This document shows positions 41,616-55,480 of a stretch of DNA of 64,000 nucleotides, piece after piece. Below the pieces are notes generated by a model. That model saw only the letters and a program-made list of their open reading frames with translations, was not told the origin of the DNA and did not search any database. A program made the translations under genes and the position numbers. The number at the start of each line of letters is the position of its first letter. Within the stretch, counting starts at the first letter, position 1. Source of the stretch: Eledone cirrhosa (Eukaryota); the NCBI GenBank assembly GCA_964016885.1, contig OZ024743.1, positions 231,632,001 to 231,696,000 on the forward strand, given 5' to 3'.

Positions 41616-44600
41616 TTCGGATTCTGTCTAACACGTGGAAAATGCGCTGGTCAGTAAATGTTTTAATTTCATTGGAAATTGCATGAACTGAATCTACATT
41701 TTTACACCATTTTGTAGATGAGCTGCCACCCTACACTTTGTAGGTGGTAGCAACCCCAAATAATAAGCCCATCAGGGCGAAAAACGGAGAAATCCCACAA
41801 AATTTATACCGGAATTTTGAATATAGCCAAAATGGCCAAATTCTTTGACCCCATCTTCACGAAAAACACATCAGAGAATTGTGGAGTTGGGCTGTTAATC
41901 TCACCTTCCACAGTACTAGTAGCAGATGAAGGCTGCCTGCCTGCTGCTATCACCAACAACAACAACAGTAACAACAACAGCAACAAAAACAACAACAACA
42001 TCAAAAGTGTCAACCAACAATTAGACAGATGTGGTGGAGGGACGGTAAAAGTGTCAAGCTAACAGGCAGCTCGCACCGCCTCATTGAAACACGTCGATAT
42101 GTTTAAAATACACCCTGACAACAACACCAGTACAGCACCACCAACACGAAAACTGTGAATGGCACAAACTAAAACAACGTCATCAACAACAAGAACAATA
42201 ATAACAACAACAAGACCAATAACTGCAACAAGGAAGTAAACGACAAAATATCGTTTGCGCAAACCGTAAAGAAAACGGTAAGCTACACTCCGGTAGATAT
42301 TTCAAATGCAAATGAGCTTTTGAATAACGCCAGACAATATGTAACTTTTGGGGAGAACGGATCATTCTCCATAAACTCTCCCCCAGATATGCAAAGAGAA
42401 GCTGCTTTGAAAACTGTGATTTTCAGGACAGTCTGAAACAAAACCCGAAAACCGACTCAACATTCACAAGGCGAAATTGAGTTGGCTTTAAAAAATGCCT
42501 TAAAAGACATTGCTTTTATTCAAAAGGGTAGACTCTACAGGAGTTAATCCATTCTAATGAAAGACCAATTGACGGCACAGAAATATTCTGTGTCGACAAT
42601 TGTGTCACCGCTGTTCACCTTTACCCCCACTTACATGGCGAAAAGAACACAGAAAATAAAAATCCAAAGTATCACACCAAATATTAATATTTGGTGGGTA
42701 CTATGTGAATTTTTAAACCTCGAAAAAGACTATATAATATCGGTAGGTAAGTCCTCCGGCGACCTGTTCATCGGAACTAGCCTGGAAGTTCTGGTCCAAA
42801 TGACACCAGAACGAATAGCTAGGATCACGGAACGTGTGCTGCTGGATGGGCTTATATACATAAACTTTCTGTGGAGGGTAGGCGGCCTCATGTTACCACT
42901 GCTTAAGCAGGGGTCACCTGAGAGCTTCCTGTCCTCGGCTAACTAGCCAACAAAAGGCACTACTGCCAACACCTGCAACACCAGCACAACAATCACCACC
43001 ACAACAACAACAACATAAAAAAATAGTGACAACAAAACAAACTACAAACACAGTCCCACCCAACCCCTCCCCACCTAAAACAACTCCAGAAACACCCACA
43101 CACATAACAGCTCCCCAAAATGTACCCCTCCCCAACAACACGGATGAGCCCTCATCATCGTCACTGAGTGACGATGAGGGAGAGACTTTCCGACCAGTAA
43201 AAAGAAAAAAGAAAAGACATAACACAAACAAAAATGCAACAAACACACAAACACCAACACAAGCGACGCAAACAGCACAAACAAAAACATCCTCTCCTGA
43301 AAAAAAACACCTACTACAAAACGTAAACACACACAAGAACCACAGACAAAAAGAAACACAACACAACAAAAATGTTTTCAACTACATAAATACTAACAAA
43401 GTACGAAGAGGTGAGTGATTTCTTTTCATCTTCTTTTAATTTTTCAGCACAAACATGGCCAATATAAGAGTTGGATGTGTGAATGTACGCGGCCTGGGGA
43501 TGCCCTGGAAACGGGGCAAACTCTTAAACGATCTCAGGTCGCACAGTATGGATGTAGTAGCCATTTGCGAGTCCAGGATGCACAGCAAGCAACAACTGGC
43601 CCACATCTTCGACGACTTTCTGATCTACGCATCTCTCTGTCAGCCGGGAGGTGGGGGTGGGGTTGCCGTTTTGCTTCCGAAACACCTTGACCTCGTAGCA
43701 CAGACGGTACATCTGGACCCGGAGGGTCGACTGGTCGTCCTAGACGTTGACGGTAGGGAAGGTGGAGTCTTCAGGCTGGTGGCCGCATATACCCCATCCG
43801 GGACACCGCGGCCAGACTTCTTCAAACGTCTAGAGACTTTTCTGGGAACGTCCCGCTCCCTGCTGTTAGTGGGGGACTGCAATGGAATACTAGATGCACG
43901 TTGGGACTATGTTGGAGCATGTCCCGATAGAGGGGGTGTAACAGCCTCAAACAGTTAATCGGCCTATTTGATCTGGCCGATAGATATCGACTAGATTTTC
44001 CGACTGTGCCACTGTGGACGTGGACTAATCATGGCGGAACATCTAGATTGTACCTAGATAGGGTTCTAGTTAGAAGACGGATAGGGACATGTTAGGCTGT
44101 CCACAAATGTTCATGGTTGCCTATTCAGATCACAAATTAGTGACCTGTTTAGTCAACATTGACAAAACCCATAGACAGGGACCCGACTACTGGAAGCTGA
44201 GCTTGTCGTTATCGACATGCAAAGCCTACAGTAGTCGGATTAGCACTTTAGTTAAGTAGCACTTGACGGGGGCCATTGTCAACAACAGATGGTGGTACTC
44301 TCTCAAGGGGGCTGTTAGACTAGACTCGATATGTTTTAGTAAAGAATTTGTGTTAGATAGAACTAAAACCGAAAAGGAACTGGTAGATAAAGTAAAAGAG
44401 GCACTTATAAGTATAAACGTAGCCAGCGTGCTAGCGACGAGAACGGCCTTCAAACAGTTCTTCGACGCGAAGCATAAAGGCTGCGTTGTCAGAAGAAAAA
44501 TACGTGCTCTGGGAAACGAGGGAGCCAAAGCTCTTAGCTTGGCCCGAGTGACGGAGGCGAAAAGTGGCAACAAGTCCACGATTCGGTCTTTGAAGGACCA

Positions 44601-47100
44601 AGACGGACGCGTGATACGTGAGCCGAAGCAGATGTGTGCGGCCTTTCACTGGCACTTGCTTAACTGTTCGGGCAGGGCGGCGCGCCGGGAGGGGCTATGG
44701 ATTTCAGTGCATACCTCGACGGCCTACCGCGAGTCTCGGACGGCGAGGCGAAGTTCTGCGAAAGGCCGATTTCGGCCGCTGAGATAGGAGACGCGCTGAG
44801 CTAATGCGTTCAAACGCAAATATCCAGGTCTCTACGGTCTACCCTACGAATTTTACGTAACAAAACCGGACTTGTTCTCCAGTCTACTGGAAGCGGTCTA
44901 CTGCAACAGGCAGCAGAACGGGAGAATTCCCAGTTCTGTGACCAAGGGCGTAGTCACGTTAGTCAGGAAGGACGAGAATAAGGGATGACATAGGCAACTT
45001 CAGGCCTATAACTCTGCTAAACACAGAGTTACAGATTTTGGCCAAGTTGTTGGCAAAGAGGCTGGCGCTTTTCGTCGAAAACCTGGTGTGAGAAGCGCAG
45101 ACATGCGCAATCTCGACCAGGTCCATACACGACAACCTCCACCTCATGCGATACATCATAGAGAGGGTAGGGTGTAAACCCGGCTTCGGTGGAGCCCTGA
45201 TCAACTTGGATCAGTCTAAGGCTTTCGATAGGGTTGGCCATATTTACCTGCATGCGGTGCTCGAGGCTGTGTTCAGGGGCTGGATTGTTGCAATGCACAG
45301 CAGCAACATGTGCTCAAGGATCAAGGTGAACGGCTACCTCTCGGAGCCGTACAATATAACGAGATCCATCCGACAGGGATGTCCTCTATACTCCCTTCTG
45401 TACGTACTGACTGGCGAGCCACTACTGCGGAAGCTGGAGCTATTGCAGGGCATCTCTTTGGAACCGGAACTGCGAAAAGCGGCGTCGGCCTACGCCGATG
45501 ACGTGACACTAATTGTGTCGAGCCCCTCGCAAGTCGGGGAGGTCGGCACCTTACTGGAGGAATACGAAAGGTTCACAGGAGCGAAGCTGAACCGGGACAA
45601 ATCCGTCGGTTTGCAACTCGGAACGTGGAGAGGCAAACCGATGCCTTCCGATGGCGTCGCCGGACGCTGGACCGAAGGACCGATAAAGCTGCTAGGGGTC
45701 TAGTTTGGTCCGGACCTCCAGGTGGAGAAGAACTGTTATGGGATGACGGCCAAGGTGTTTGCGCTCACCCAGAAGTGGGCCGAGTGCAAACAATCCTTGA
45801 AAGGTCGAGCGGAGGTGGCGAACACTTTTATAGCGTCCCTCATCTACTGCCGCTTGGCTGTTATGCCTTGTCCAGCCAAAACGCTCACCAAAATGGAGCG
45901 CGCGCTCTTCCAATTCCTTTGGAAGAAACGGGCTCCTTTGGTGAAAAGATCCATCTTCTGCCAACAACCTTCAAACGGAGGCTGGGGATTCCGTGGCTGA
46001 CGATGCGGAAACACGCGCTCAGGCTGCGGCACCTCCACGTATTCCTGACCGGACAACCGGTGTGGGCCCCGTTCGCGAGGCGAGCCTTCCCACGACTCGT
46101 CTCGCTGACCGGCCTGCAGTCCTGGGTCAAGCAAAGACCGAGGAAAATGGGCGACTGGCACATCGAATGTGCTCAGGCTCTCAGTCCTCTGGTAAACGGA
46201 CTCAGCGATCAGTGGAGACTCCACTTCGACATTCTATAGAGTGTTGGTCCGCAGCAAGTGCGACGACGCGCTCGGGGAAACTCTGGGCGCAGAGGAGGAC
46301 GAACTGGCCAGTCTGTTAGGTAGGACATTCCGCCTGGGACCAATGGACAACTTTCAAAAGTCCCTGGCCTGGCAGTGCTACCAAGGAGCTCTATCAGTTC
46401 GAAACACGCTCTACAGACACGGGCGCCCGGGCAGGGACCCTTCGAAAATGATTTGTCCGAGATGCGTGCGCGAAGAGGAAACCGTAGCACACGCATTTGT
46501 ACACTGCCCGGGCGTTACCAACCTGTGTGGCTATGTAGAAGGACTATTGTATCGAGTGGGACCAATCCAGTTGACCACCGAGTCCATTGTCATGATCAAA
46601 CCGCCACCCTCCTCAAAAACGAGGGAGAGGCGGTTTTTTTTATGTGTTATGGCTATGGTGAAAGAGGTTATATGGTGGACGGGGTTAAAAGGACTGAGGT
46701 TAGACACCTTTCTCTCCGGCCAGCAACTGATTCTTCTTTTCAAATATCAATTTGGAAGAAGAATCAGGATGGAAAGAGAGGTGCTGTACCCCAGCAAATT
46801 TTATGAAAGGTGGTGAATGTGGCAAAGATGGTCCCGAGTGGTTGGGCCTTCTCTCTATATAAGCCTGTAGGTTGAGGAAAAAGAAGAAGAGAGGAAGGGA
46901 GTACTCACTCTTGGTGCTCCTGGAGATAAGGGTTGTACATTTTTTCGGAGTGTGTACAACACCTGTGTAACGCCTGCTCCTATTAGGGATTTAAATTGTT
47001 ATTTGTTATTTTATTAATAGTTTTATTTTCATATACCTCTATGTAAACTCCCCATTTGTATTTGTCCCCTTCTTTTGTTCCCTTGTGGCTAACAAAGAAA
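41616..47100 (+). mobile_element. Tx1/L1-like LINE, apparently full length, disabled, inside (TATC)n
   Basis: Decayed ORF1 (about 41830-43418). ORF2 starts at 43455 with MANIRVGCVNVRGL, GDCN, YSDHK, FRPITLLN, DQSKAFD, RQGCP, AYADDV and CPRCVREEETVAHAFVHC. (TATC)n lies at 41578-41615 and from 47101. Confidence 0.92.
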
Positions 47101-47134
47101 TTTATCTATCTATCTATTTATCTATCTATCTATA

Positions 47135-47187
<53 letters not shown>

Positions 47188-47225
47188 GTCTGTCTGTGTG
47201 TCTGACTGTCTGTCTATCTGTCTAA
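47101..47225. repeat. (TATC)n/(TGTC)n microsatellite
   Basis: Direct reading. Confidence 0.93.
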
Positions 47226-49887
47226 CTTTCAATCTATCATAATCCATATATGTTTGTACAGATAGGAATCCATAATAAGCTTCAATTGCTTAGTGCACAA
47301 TTTATTATGTATTTTAATTAACTTCCACTGTAAGCACTAAACGTATGCAAATAGATATGCCTTGTGTTCTATGTTTGCCATAACTGATGTGCCTGCTATG
47401 TCTTTGCGTATTTTCCCTGATTATGAAAGATATAGACAGTTTCCGATCTTTCTCATCAAAGCTCTAAACTTAAGACAAGCAGTTCATATTTTTTCAAATA
47501 CGTATTTAAGCCATGTTTACACGCTTAAATATGTAATAAAATAGCTTTATAGACACATATCTCGTAGGGTCGGTTTAAAACCTCTATTGTTTATAAGGAT
47601 ATGAATCTATAATAACTCTCTGTTTAGCACTGTAGAACTCTATACCGGAGATAATATTTTAAGTGGGATCGCACTACTCACAATTATAAACTGCAATGGA
47701 TGATTTACACTGAATTCGATTTACACTCACGCATACTCCCACATACATCAAAATTGTTCTAATGAAATTTTATCCAGCATGAGATGCTAAGAAGAGAGTG
47801 TCAAGATGATTGTAAACTGGCGAACATAAGTCTTTAATTAGACCCTTATCAACGATTACATCTGCCATGTAAAATACAGCCAAAATAAAGGCTTATATCA
47901 TGAGAACATGTTTGTTACCAGGAAAGATATTGATTCATTCAAGGATAAACATTTGAAAATGGACAATATGTTTGCTATATGAATGGACAGCAAAACCCAT
48001 CGCAACATGCCATTAAGTGAACTTATCATAAAGTTAAATGCCAGAAACCTTTTAGGCACAATAAGAAGGAGTTAATTCAAAAGTGTTAAAAGCCAACAGA
48101 GATTTGTTTGATAGTTTTAAATGACAAACATACACAATATCTGTATAACTGAAAAAGCTTAAATTGCATAGGAATTCACAATTGTATTGTGATGGTTTAT
48201 TTTAATCTTGTTAACATAATTTTACATTACAACGTACAACATCTCTTTGTGTGAGGTTATCTAACGTTATTTAGTAGTTAATGGGTACAACATCGATTTA
48301 CTGTGTTTCTTTTTTTTTTGTGGGGTGGGGGTGGGTTATTGGTCGATGTCTATCATCTTAACTTATGTTGATATCTTTATCTGAAATAGTCTTATCACGT
48401 GCGTATTTCTATTTATACAATATTTTAAAAGCGTTCGATTTAACTTTGTATTATTTGCGACTCTATGTTGTGTGTTACCTCAGGTATAAGTAATAAATAA
48501 TATAAAATAATGTATATCTATAATAAGTAAATTTAAACTTATAATGTTTGATGCATGTAAGATACGATGATTTAGCTTGTCATCAGAAAATATGAACCTG
48601 TCTAATTTGAAAGTAATCAGTATTCCAGTTGATTTGATACAAGTTTACGAATCGAACTTTTTCAGTTAATCATTAGGACTTCGTATAATATGTTGTATCA
48701 CACTCTCCTGTCATGTTGAAGGAAATGTTGTGCCTCCTTGTTTATAACATTAATTAATGGATACCTAACATTTTCTACTCGATTTCCTTGTGCTATTTCT
48801 CATGTTGATCTCTTTTGTGTGTATACATGTAATTAACCATTTATTTGTCGTTTGTTAAATATAAATGTTCTTAACAAAATGTGTGAAAATGTCTATAATT
48901 TATATTACATAACATTTTCTATATTGTCAACATCTAGTAGCATGTCTTGGAATTGTTTAAACTTTCGCAAAAAATGTTAACAGTTATTACAACGCATATT
49001 TTAATACCACTGGATAACAAAGAGATGGTGGGGACCAAATATATATTTTATGATGATTTCAAATGTGTATTTTGTTTTGTATATATTATATGATGACACT
49101 GATGTACTTGAGTTTAATATTATATATGAATAATTTTATATGGTTTAGAACATTTAATGGGGATATATCGTGAATGAATGAAATCATCCAGAACATTATT
49201 GTTTTGTTTTGTTTGTCGTATCAAAATTTATCACAACAGTTCTTTTTGTCAACATTTTTTCATGATATAACTTGGTCGTCATATAACCGAACACATAGCA
49301 CGAAAAGATACGATTGATGTGTTTTTCATGCTTTTTTTTGTCATAACTATGATATAGATATGAGAAAGAGATTGCAATACAGACATCTACATTTGTAGTG
49401 TGAACACAGTTATTCAGTAAGGAACAACACAATCACGTATTCTCATCAGACAATACCCAAAGAGGTTTAAGAAAAGCGTAATTAAATCTCCAATGACCAC
49501 CGTAATTTGTTGAGTTTTTAAAATAAATGAGATATTTTACATTTGTTAATATCTTCAGAATTTACATTGTATTAAAATAGCAAATGTATTAAAAAGCACA
49601 GACACTGTCTGTAGCAGTTGTTCATTTGACAAATTTCCGTTTATCAGAAACAGGTGCACCAGTCGAGAATTTTATAACAGCTATTAACTTTTAAAATATC
49701 TCTTTAATCTTTTTCTTTGGTAATTTAGTGAAGATCGTATATACTTTGTCTTCTTAGACAGCATCGCGCTGTATGGCTGCTTTTCTTTTATCCGTAAAAG
49801 AAAGACAAGTTAGTAAATTAGTCTAATTTCAAAAGTACGCAGTTAATCAGAAAAGAATATATAAACAATTCTACAGATGTACGTCGT

Positions 49888-49926
<39 letters not shown>

Positions 49927-49994
49927 TTTTTTTTTGGGGGGGGCGTGCGTGTGTGCGTATATATATATATATATATGTGTGTGTGCGTAATTAC

Positions 49995-50039
<45 letters not shown>

Positions 50040-50864
50040 CATACACGTGTGTGTGTTAGTATGTGTTTGCGTGTGTGTTAATGTTTGTGCAGGCGTGAGT
50101 GTGAATGTACAAGTTTACAAGTCATTACAAACTGTAAAACTAAATATATCTCTATTAGATTTAGGTTCGCATTCAGTACAAAGTAGCTTTTTTTTTTGTT
50201 TACTTTTTAGTTTGGTTTGTGTGGTTTCTATTTTCCTATTTAAATGAAATCTTCTCATATTTCCATTTTCATTTCATTTTAAATTTATTTGTCTTTTCCA
50301 ATATATTTAATATGAGATTTCTTCAAATGTTTCCAGAAAACACCCGTTTTACATTCTACTGAAGATGGAAACAGTGAGATTGTTATTTAAAGGAGGTTTG
50401 TAGGTGAAGTTTATCTTAAATACGTACACTCAAGAAAACGGCGTGTTCATTTTAATGCCCTTTGAATGACGAAATCCACGAAAGAGCTTTCTAAGACCAC
50501 ATGTATTTCCAAATTTGAAGATGACTCTGCTGTCGCATCTGGGAAAAAGGCGTTATCAAACATATTTATTTTATTAAATGTCGCTGGTTGAATCAACGAG
50601 TTTGTGAATCGACAACATCGTACATTCTTTGAAAAATTAGGTAATGGAGTCCCAGATGCAGCGAAAAATGATGCCGACAGGTGCAAGCCAACTACTCTGA
50701 TAAAAATAAGTATATATATATATATATACGTACAGTGAAGTATGTATGTGTGTGGTGTATAAATATATATACAAATTACGCACTCCCAGCTACGTCAATT
50801 CTGTATATTTAACTTTATAATCCTCTTTGGCTGGTTAGAGCGCAATATAACGCACACACGCACG

Positions 50865-50950
<86 letters not shown>

Positions 50951-50952
<2 letters not shown>

Positions 50953-51325
50953 AGGGTGCGCGACCGGGCGGACGCCCGCGACTCCGCTTCAGGGACGTTT
51001 GCAAGAAGGACCTAAAGCTGTGCGGCTTCAACATTGTCTCGTGGGAGAGCCTCGCTGAAGACCACCCATCCTGGCGGTCTACTGTAAGGAGAGGTGTGCG
51101 GGGAGCCGAAGATGCGAGAAATGCGGCTCTTGCTGACAGGAGGTCCAGGAGGATCGACAAACAATCCAAGCCTCAGCAAACAACAGCATATATTTGCACT
51201 AAGCGCACAAGGGACTGCCACTCGCGGGTTGGGTTGTTCATCACTCACGCAAGTGCAACAGCTGAGACTCACGCGGAGCTACTCCATCGTCTTGCGAAGA
51301 CGGACGGATGCCGACGACGATGATG
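50951..51325 (+). mobile_element. RTE-clade LINE 3' end
   Basis: GARPGGRPRLRFRDVCKKDLK..WESLAEDHPSWRS..YICTKRTRDCHSRVGL..HSRKC (C-terminal zinc finger remnant), short UTR, (GAC/GAT)n tail. Confidence 0.85.
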
Positions 51326-53116
51326 TATACATATATATACATACACATATATATATTAAATACCCTTAATTCTATGTAAATTAGTACGTGCAATCCAGGA
51401 TGTTACTGAAAGTGATGGTACGTATAAGCCCATCGTTTACGTATTTCCTTGTGGTTGTTTAGATGCTATGCATGCAACTGATAAAAGCAGATCTAGCTTA
51501 CAAAATCGATTAAAGTTTATCATCTTTTTTATTTACAATGTTATGCCCACATTTCACATGTTTACATGTCTACAATATAAAGATGTGTAAATATATACAC
51601 ACATATACGTAGTCTCTGTTACTTCAATTCTGTCTTTATACACACACGCATATATGTACATGCATACAGATATACATATATATGTGTGTGTGTCTGCATG
51701 TATTTATTGTAAGATCGATTTTAATCTATGTTTATAAAATATTTAATGTACATTTAATAATATTAAGATATTGAAAGTAAAGAAATGAAACGCTCCATGC
51801 GTTTCAAATATATTGACATTTGTGAAATTGTTGCCTCAGAAGAAATTTGCAAATTTGACAGCGCATCTAATTAAATCAAGAATTTCATTCGTCTCAAGGC
51901 ACGTATACTAATGAGGTATTGCCTTTTTCGTTATTTGAGAATGTCTGAATTAAAAATAACTACTAGATCTACTTAACGTGCTGTATTGAATGAAGTGACA
52001 GTATTTCAAGTAATAATTCGATAGTGGAAATCTTCACTTTATGGAGATTAAAAATCCGGAATCCGATATAAAATTGATACTGGTCTGTGTTGGTAAGAAA
52101 CCACTCCATAGCCTATTACAATCAACTGAATTACACTGATATGTGTTGCTCACAGTGTCTCTGACCTTGTCATGCCTCTGGGTGAAGGCCTAATCAGCCT
52201 GGTTGATGGCATGGAAATTATGAAATTGTTGAATTTGATGGATAAAAGCCTGATGGATATGATATGGTATGAGGTGGTGTGACAAGCTCAAAGATCTGTG
52301 ACGTGAGCTGACGAAAACGGAACAAAGTAAGTGACTTGGATGGAATGATGACAACCCAATTATTCAAGCAAAATCCTTGAGCAAGTTTTTTTACCTAAGT
52401 CTCTAGTCGACCAAACCTGAGTGTGAAGTTTTGTAGATGTAAAATGCATTTAATTCATTCGTGGGTGTTAGAATTAATCTGATAACCACTTTCTTGCTAT
52501 CAGCTGACCATTAGCTGCATTATAAGAATCAAGCTATAACAGGGGCCACGTTCTGATGATAATTGTGTCCCTCTCATTGCACCATTATAATGGGACATGG
52601 ACTATTAACGGGTAAGGCACCTTCTTCCCAGACTCTAAGCATAAAGAAGGGAAAACTGTAGACTTCATGAGGAAAATAACAAAATGCTATACATTGACGA
52701 AGCAGGCTGTGATGTAATCCAGAAGCATAGATGTATGTATCTTAGCTCTTTTGTTACAAATTCGTACCTTTCTCTGATTTTGAATTATTTTTGTATATGA
52801 ATTTTTAGGAAGATTCTCAAACTTACACCATATGATATAATTATTTGTGCTACAGTCATAATATGCGACTATTCAGCCAGACTGTTGATTGTTTACTTCA
52901 AAACAATATATACAGTCGTTGGAAAGGTTTATGATATTGAATGTTAATTTTGTACTTATTTAATATAGTATTTCGTTTTTCATTTCAGTTTTTTTCATCT
53001 ACAAAATGTGAATATCTCAAATTAGAAACAGGACACTTGTAAATACAACCATAGTCTCATAAACACTCACACACACAAATTCATGCCGACACATTCACAC
53101 CCATACATGCACATGA

Positions 53117-53164
<48 letters not shown>

Positions 53165-53734
53165 TTGTGTGTATGTATATATATATATATATGTGTGCGT
53201 GTGTGTGTGTGTATGTGTATGCATGATTGTATGAATGTATGTATTTGAGTGTAAATTCGTAAATGCGCCCACATCCGAAGTGAAAGTTTGAAACATAAAA
53301 TCCTATCCCCTTCATTATAATATTTCTTTCATTCTATTTAAATAAAAATATATGAAGTGTTCTATTATCGAATACACAGGAGAAAAATTACAAAAATGTA
53401 ACAGCAAACACGGGTTGAAAGAAAAATATATATAATATAATAAATAAAGGAAAAAAGGAATAAATACAGCAACACTGTAAATTAGAAAAATAATGTGTTG
53501 AGTATCCAGCGTGAAGATGCTTAACACACTCTAGAAGTAGTTTAATACCCTGCTGGAACCAAACTTGAAGTACTAATTACGACCATCATGTGAGAAGAAC
53601 TGAGAAAAAATCTAAAATACTTTTGTACTGGTTTTTAATTAAAAGTTAACAAATATGAAGTTCATACGAGGAGATAATGATAATAATTTTGATAATAATA
53701 ATATTGATAAAGATGAAGAGGATAATGATTATAA

Positions 53735-54285
53735 TGGATTCTGATTTCGACACAAGGCTAACAATTTTATTGGAGGGGAAAGTCGGTTAAGTCGAAACCA
53801 GAGCATTAATAGCTTAAAGGTAAAGCTAAGCTCGGAGGGACCTGGATTCAGGACGTAAAGGGCCGTCACTATATGCCGCAAAGCATAGTGCCCAATACTC
53901 TTCCGATACTCGCAATCCCCCACCCTAATAATAATGATAATAATAATGATTTCTGCTATAGGCACAAGGCCAGCAATTTTGGGGTAGGGAAAAGTCGATT
54001 AAATCGACATCAGTGCATTACTGGTGATTTGATTTATTGTCCCTGTAAGGATGAAAGACAAAGATAACTTTGGTGATATTTGAGCTCAGAAAGTAAAGGG
54101 CCGTAACACTATGCCGCAAAGCATGCTGGCCGACACTCTGCTGATTCTGCCAACTCATCAACCTTTCACTATTATTATTATTTCTAATTTAGGCACTAGG
54201 CCAACAAATTTAGGGAGGGAAGTTGTCGATTAAATCACCCCCTGTATATGACTGATACTTTATTTCATCGACCTTGGGAACAATG
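53735..54285 (-). mobile_element. Cluster of three decayed SINE copies
   Basis: Repeated ggcacaaggccagcaatttt...gtcgattaaatcgac...aaggatgaaag...gtaaagggccgtaac.ctatgccgcaaagcat. Confidence 0.75.
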
Positions 54286-54524
54286 AAAGACATGAGTTAT
54301 AATGAAGTAATAATAATTAGTATTGCTTTTGGAGAGGTTTCGCCGGCCTAAGTGCATCTCGTTCAGCTCTGTCAGACCACACTTGCGTGTCTGTAGATTG
54401 TGTCTCGAATCAGGAAGGCTCCGCGGTAGCCGTGCAATGCCAGGGATTTCTGGGAAATGTCCATAGTATCCGGGACGAAAATTCTCGGGAACAGACAAGC
54501 TATTTTCTTTCTCGCTGATGCCTA

Positions 54525-54960
54525 GATATTCATAAACAGGTGTGGTCGCCGTTTAAGACAAGTCGTTCTGCAGCTTTCTTCTTTGACAGAGCTGCAGCCG
54601 TCTGTCAAGCGAAAACCAAGACTACTCACCAGGTATATGGAATGATGGCAGCCACTCACAGCTCTCAATGCGGTCAGTTGGAATTCCACTTTAACATTCT
54701 ATAGAGTACTTGTTGTGGGCAAAAGTGACTACGGTCTTGGCACTCCAAGACCGTAGTCACTTTTGCCCACAACAAGTACTCTATAGAATGTTAAAGTGGA
54801 ATTCCAACTGACCGCATTGAGAGCTGTGAGTGGCTGCCATCATTCCATATACCTGGTGAGTAGTCTTGGTTTTCGCTTGACAGACGGCTGCAGCTCTGTC
54901 AAAGAAGAAAGCTGCAGAACGACTTGTCTCAAACGGCGACCACACCTGTTTATGAATATC
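54525..54960. repeat. Near-perfect palindrome, 216 bp arms, 4 nt loop
   Basis: 54525-54740 versus 54745-54960, loop cact, one mismatch seen. Confidence 0.93.
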
Positions 54961-55480
54961 AAAGACGATGTAGCCTCATCGCATATTTTCTCATCATCAG
55001 CAACGACACCAACCTTCCCGTAAATTAGCTTGGAAGCAGATCTGCCGCCTCACTAGTGGGACATGTAGTTTCCGCAAGAAGAGAAATAGCAAGCACACCA
55101 ATATTGTGAGGGACGGTCCGGGACGAAACACGACTTTCAGACGGTAATAGATGACAAGATGTGATGCTTGCGTTCGCCAACTCTGTCTGGTGTTTCATGA
55201 ATAATTTTTCCCCAGCTGATTTCTAGGTGAGAATGGCCACCCTGCTCAATATCTCGTCCCAGTTCTTATTAACATGGAGAACTGAAGCAAACTAGATCGT
55301 GAGCAACTTCACCGATCTGTCCGTCCAGCGTCCGACAAGACTGTTGCCCGTCGGCATTGATTTGTCTCTCCAGGTTGATCTTTGCTCCTGTCAATATTTC
55401 ATATTCCTCTAAGACTTTGCCAACCTCCTTGATTTCCTGTGACGTCGTCCGCATATGCCAACGTATCCTTTACAAGACCC
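54745..55480 (-). mobile_element. Decayed Tx1-like ORF2 fragment
   Basis: AYADD-like motif near 55445, KEVGKVLEEYEILTGAKINL, VWSPF and NSTLTFYRVLV.GKSD. Homologous to 9000-9790. Confidence 0.8.

Noticed and set aside
52150-52380. Short open frame after cacAG
   Set aside because: It ends in a WYEVV motif resembling a decayed RTE LINE 3' end. Too degenerate to call either way.
53735-54285. Regularly recurring motif resembling a CRISPR-like array
   Set aside because: These are adjacent decayed SINE copies in a eukaryotic context, with no repeat-spacer regularity.
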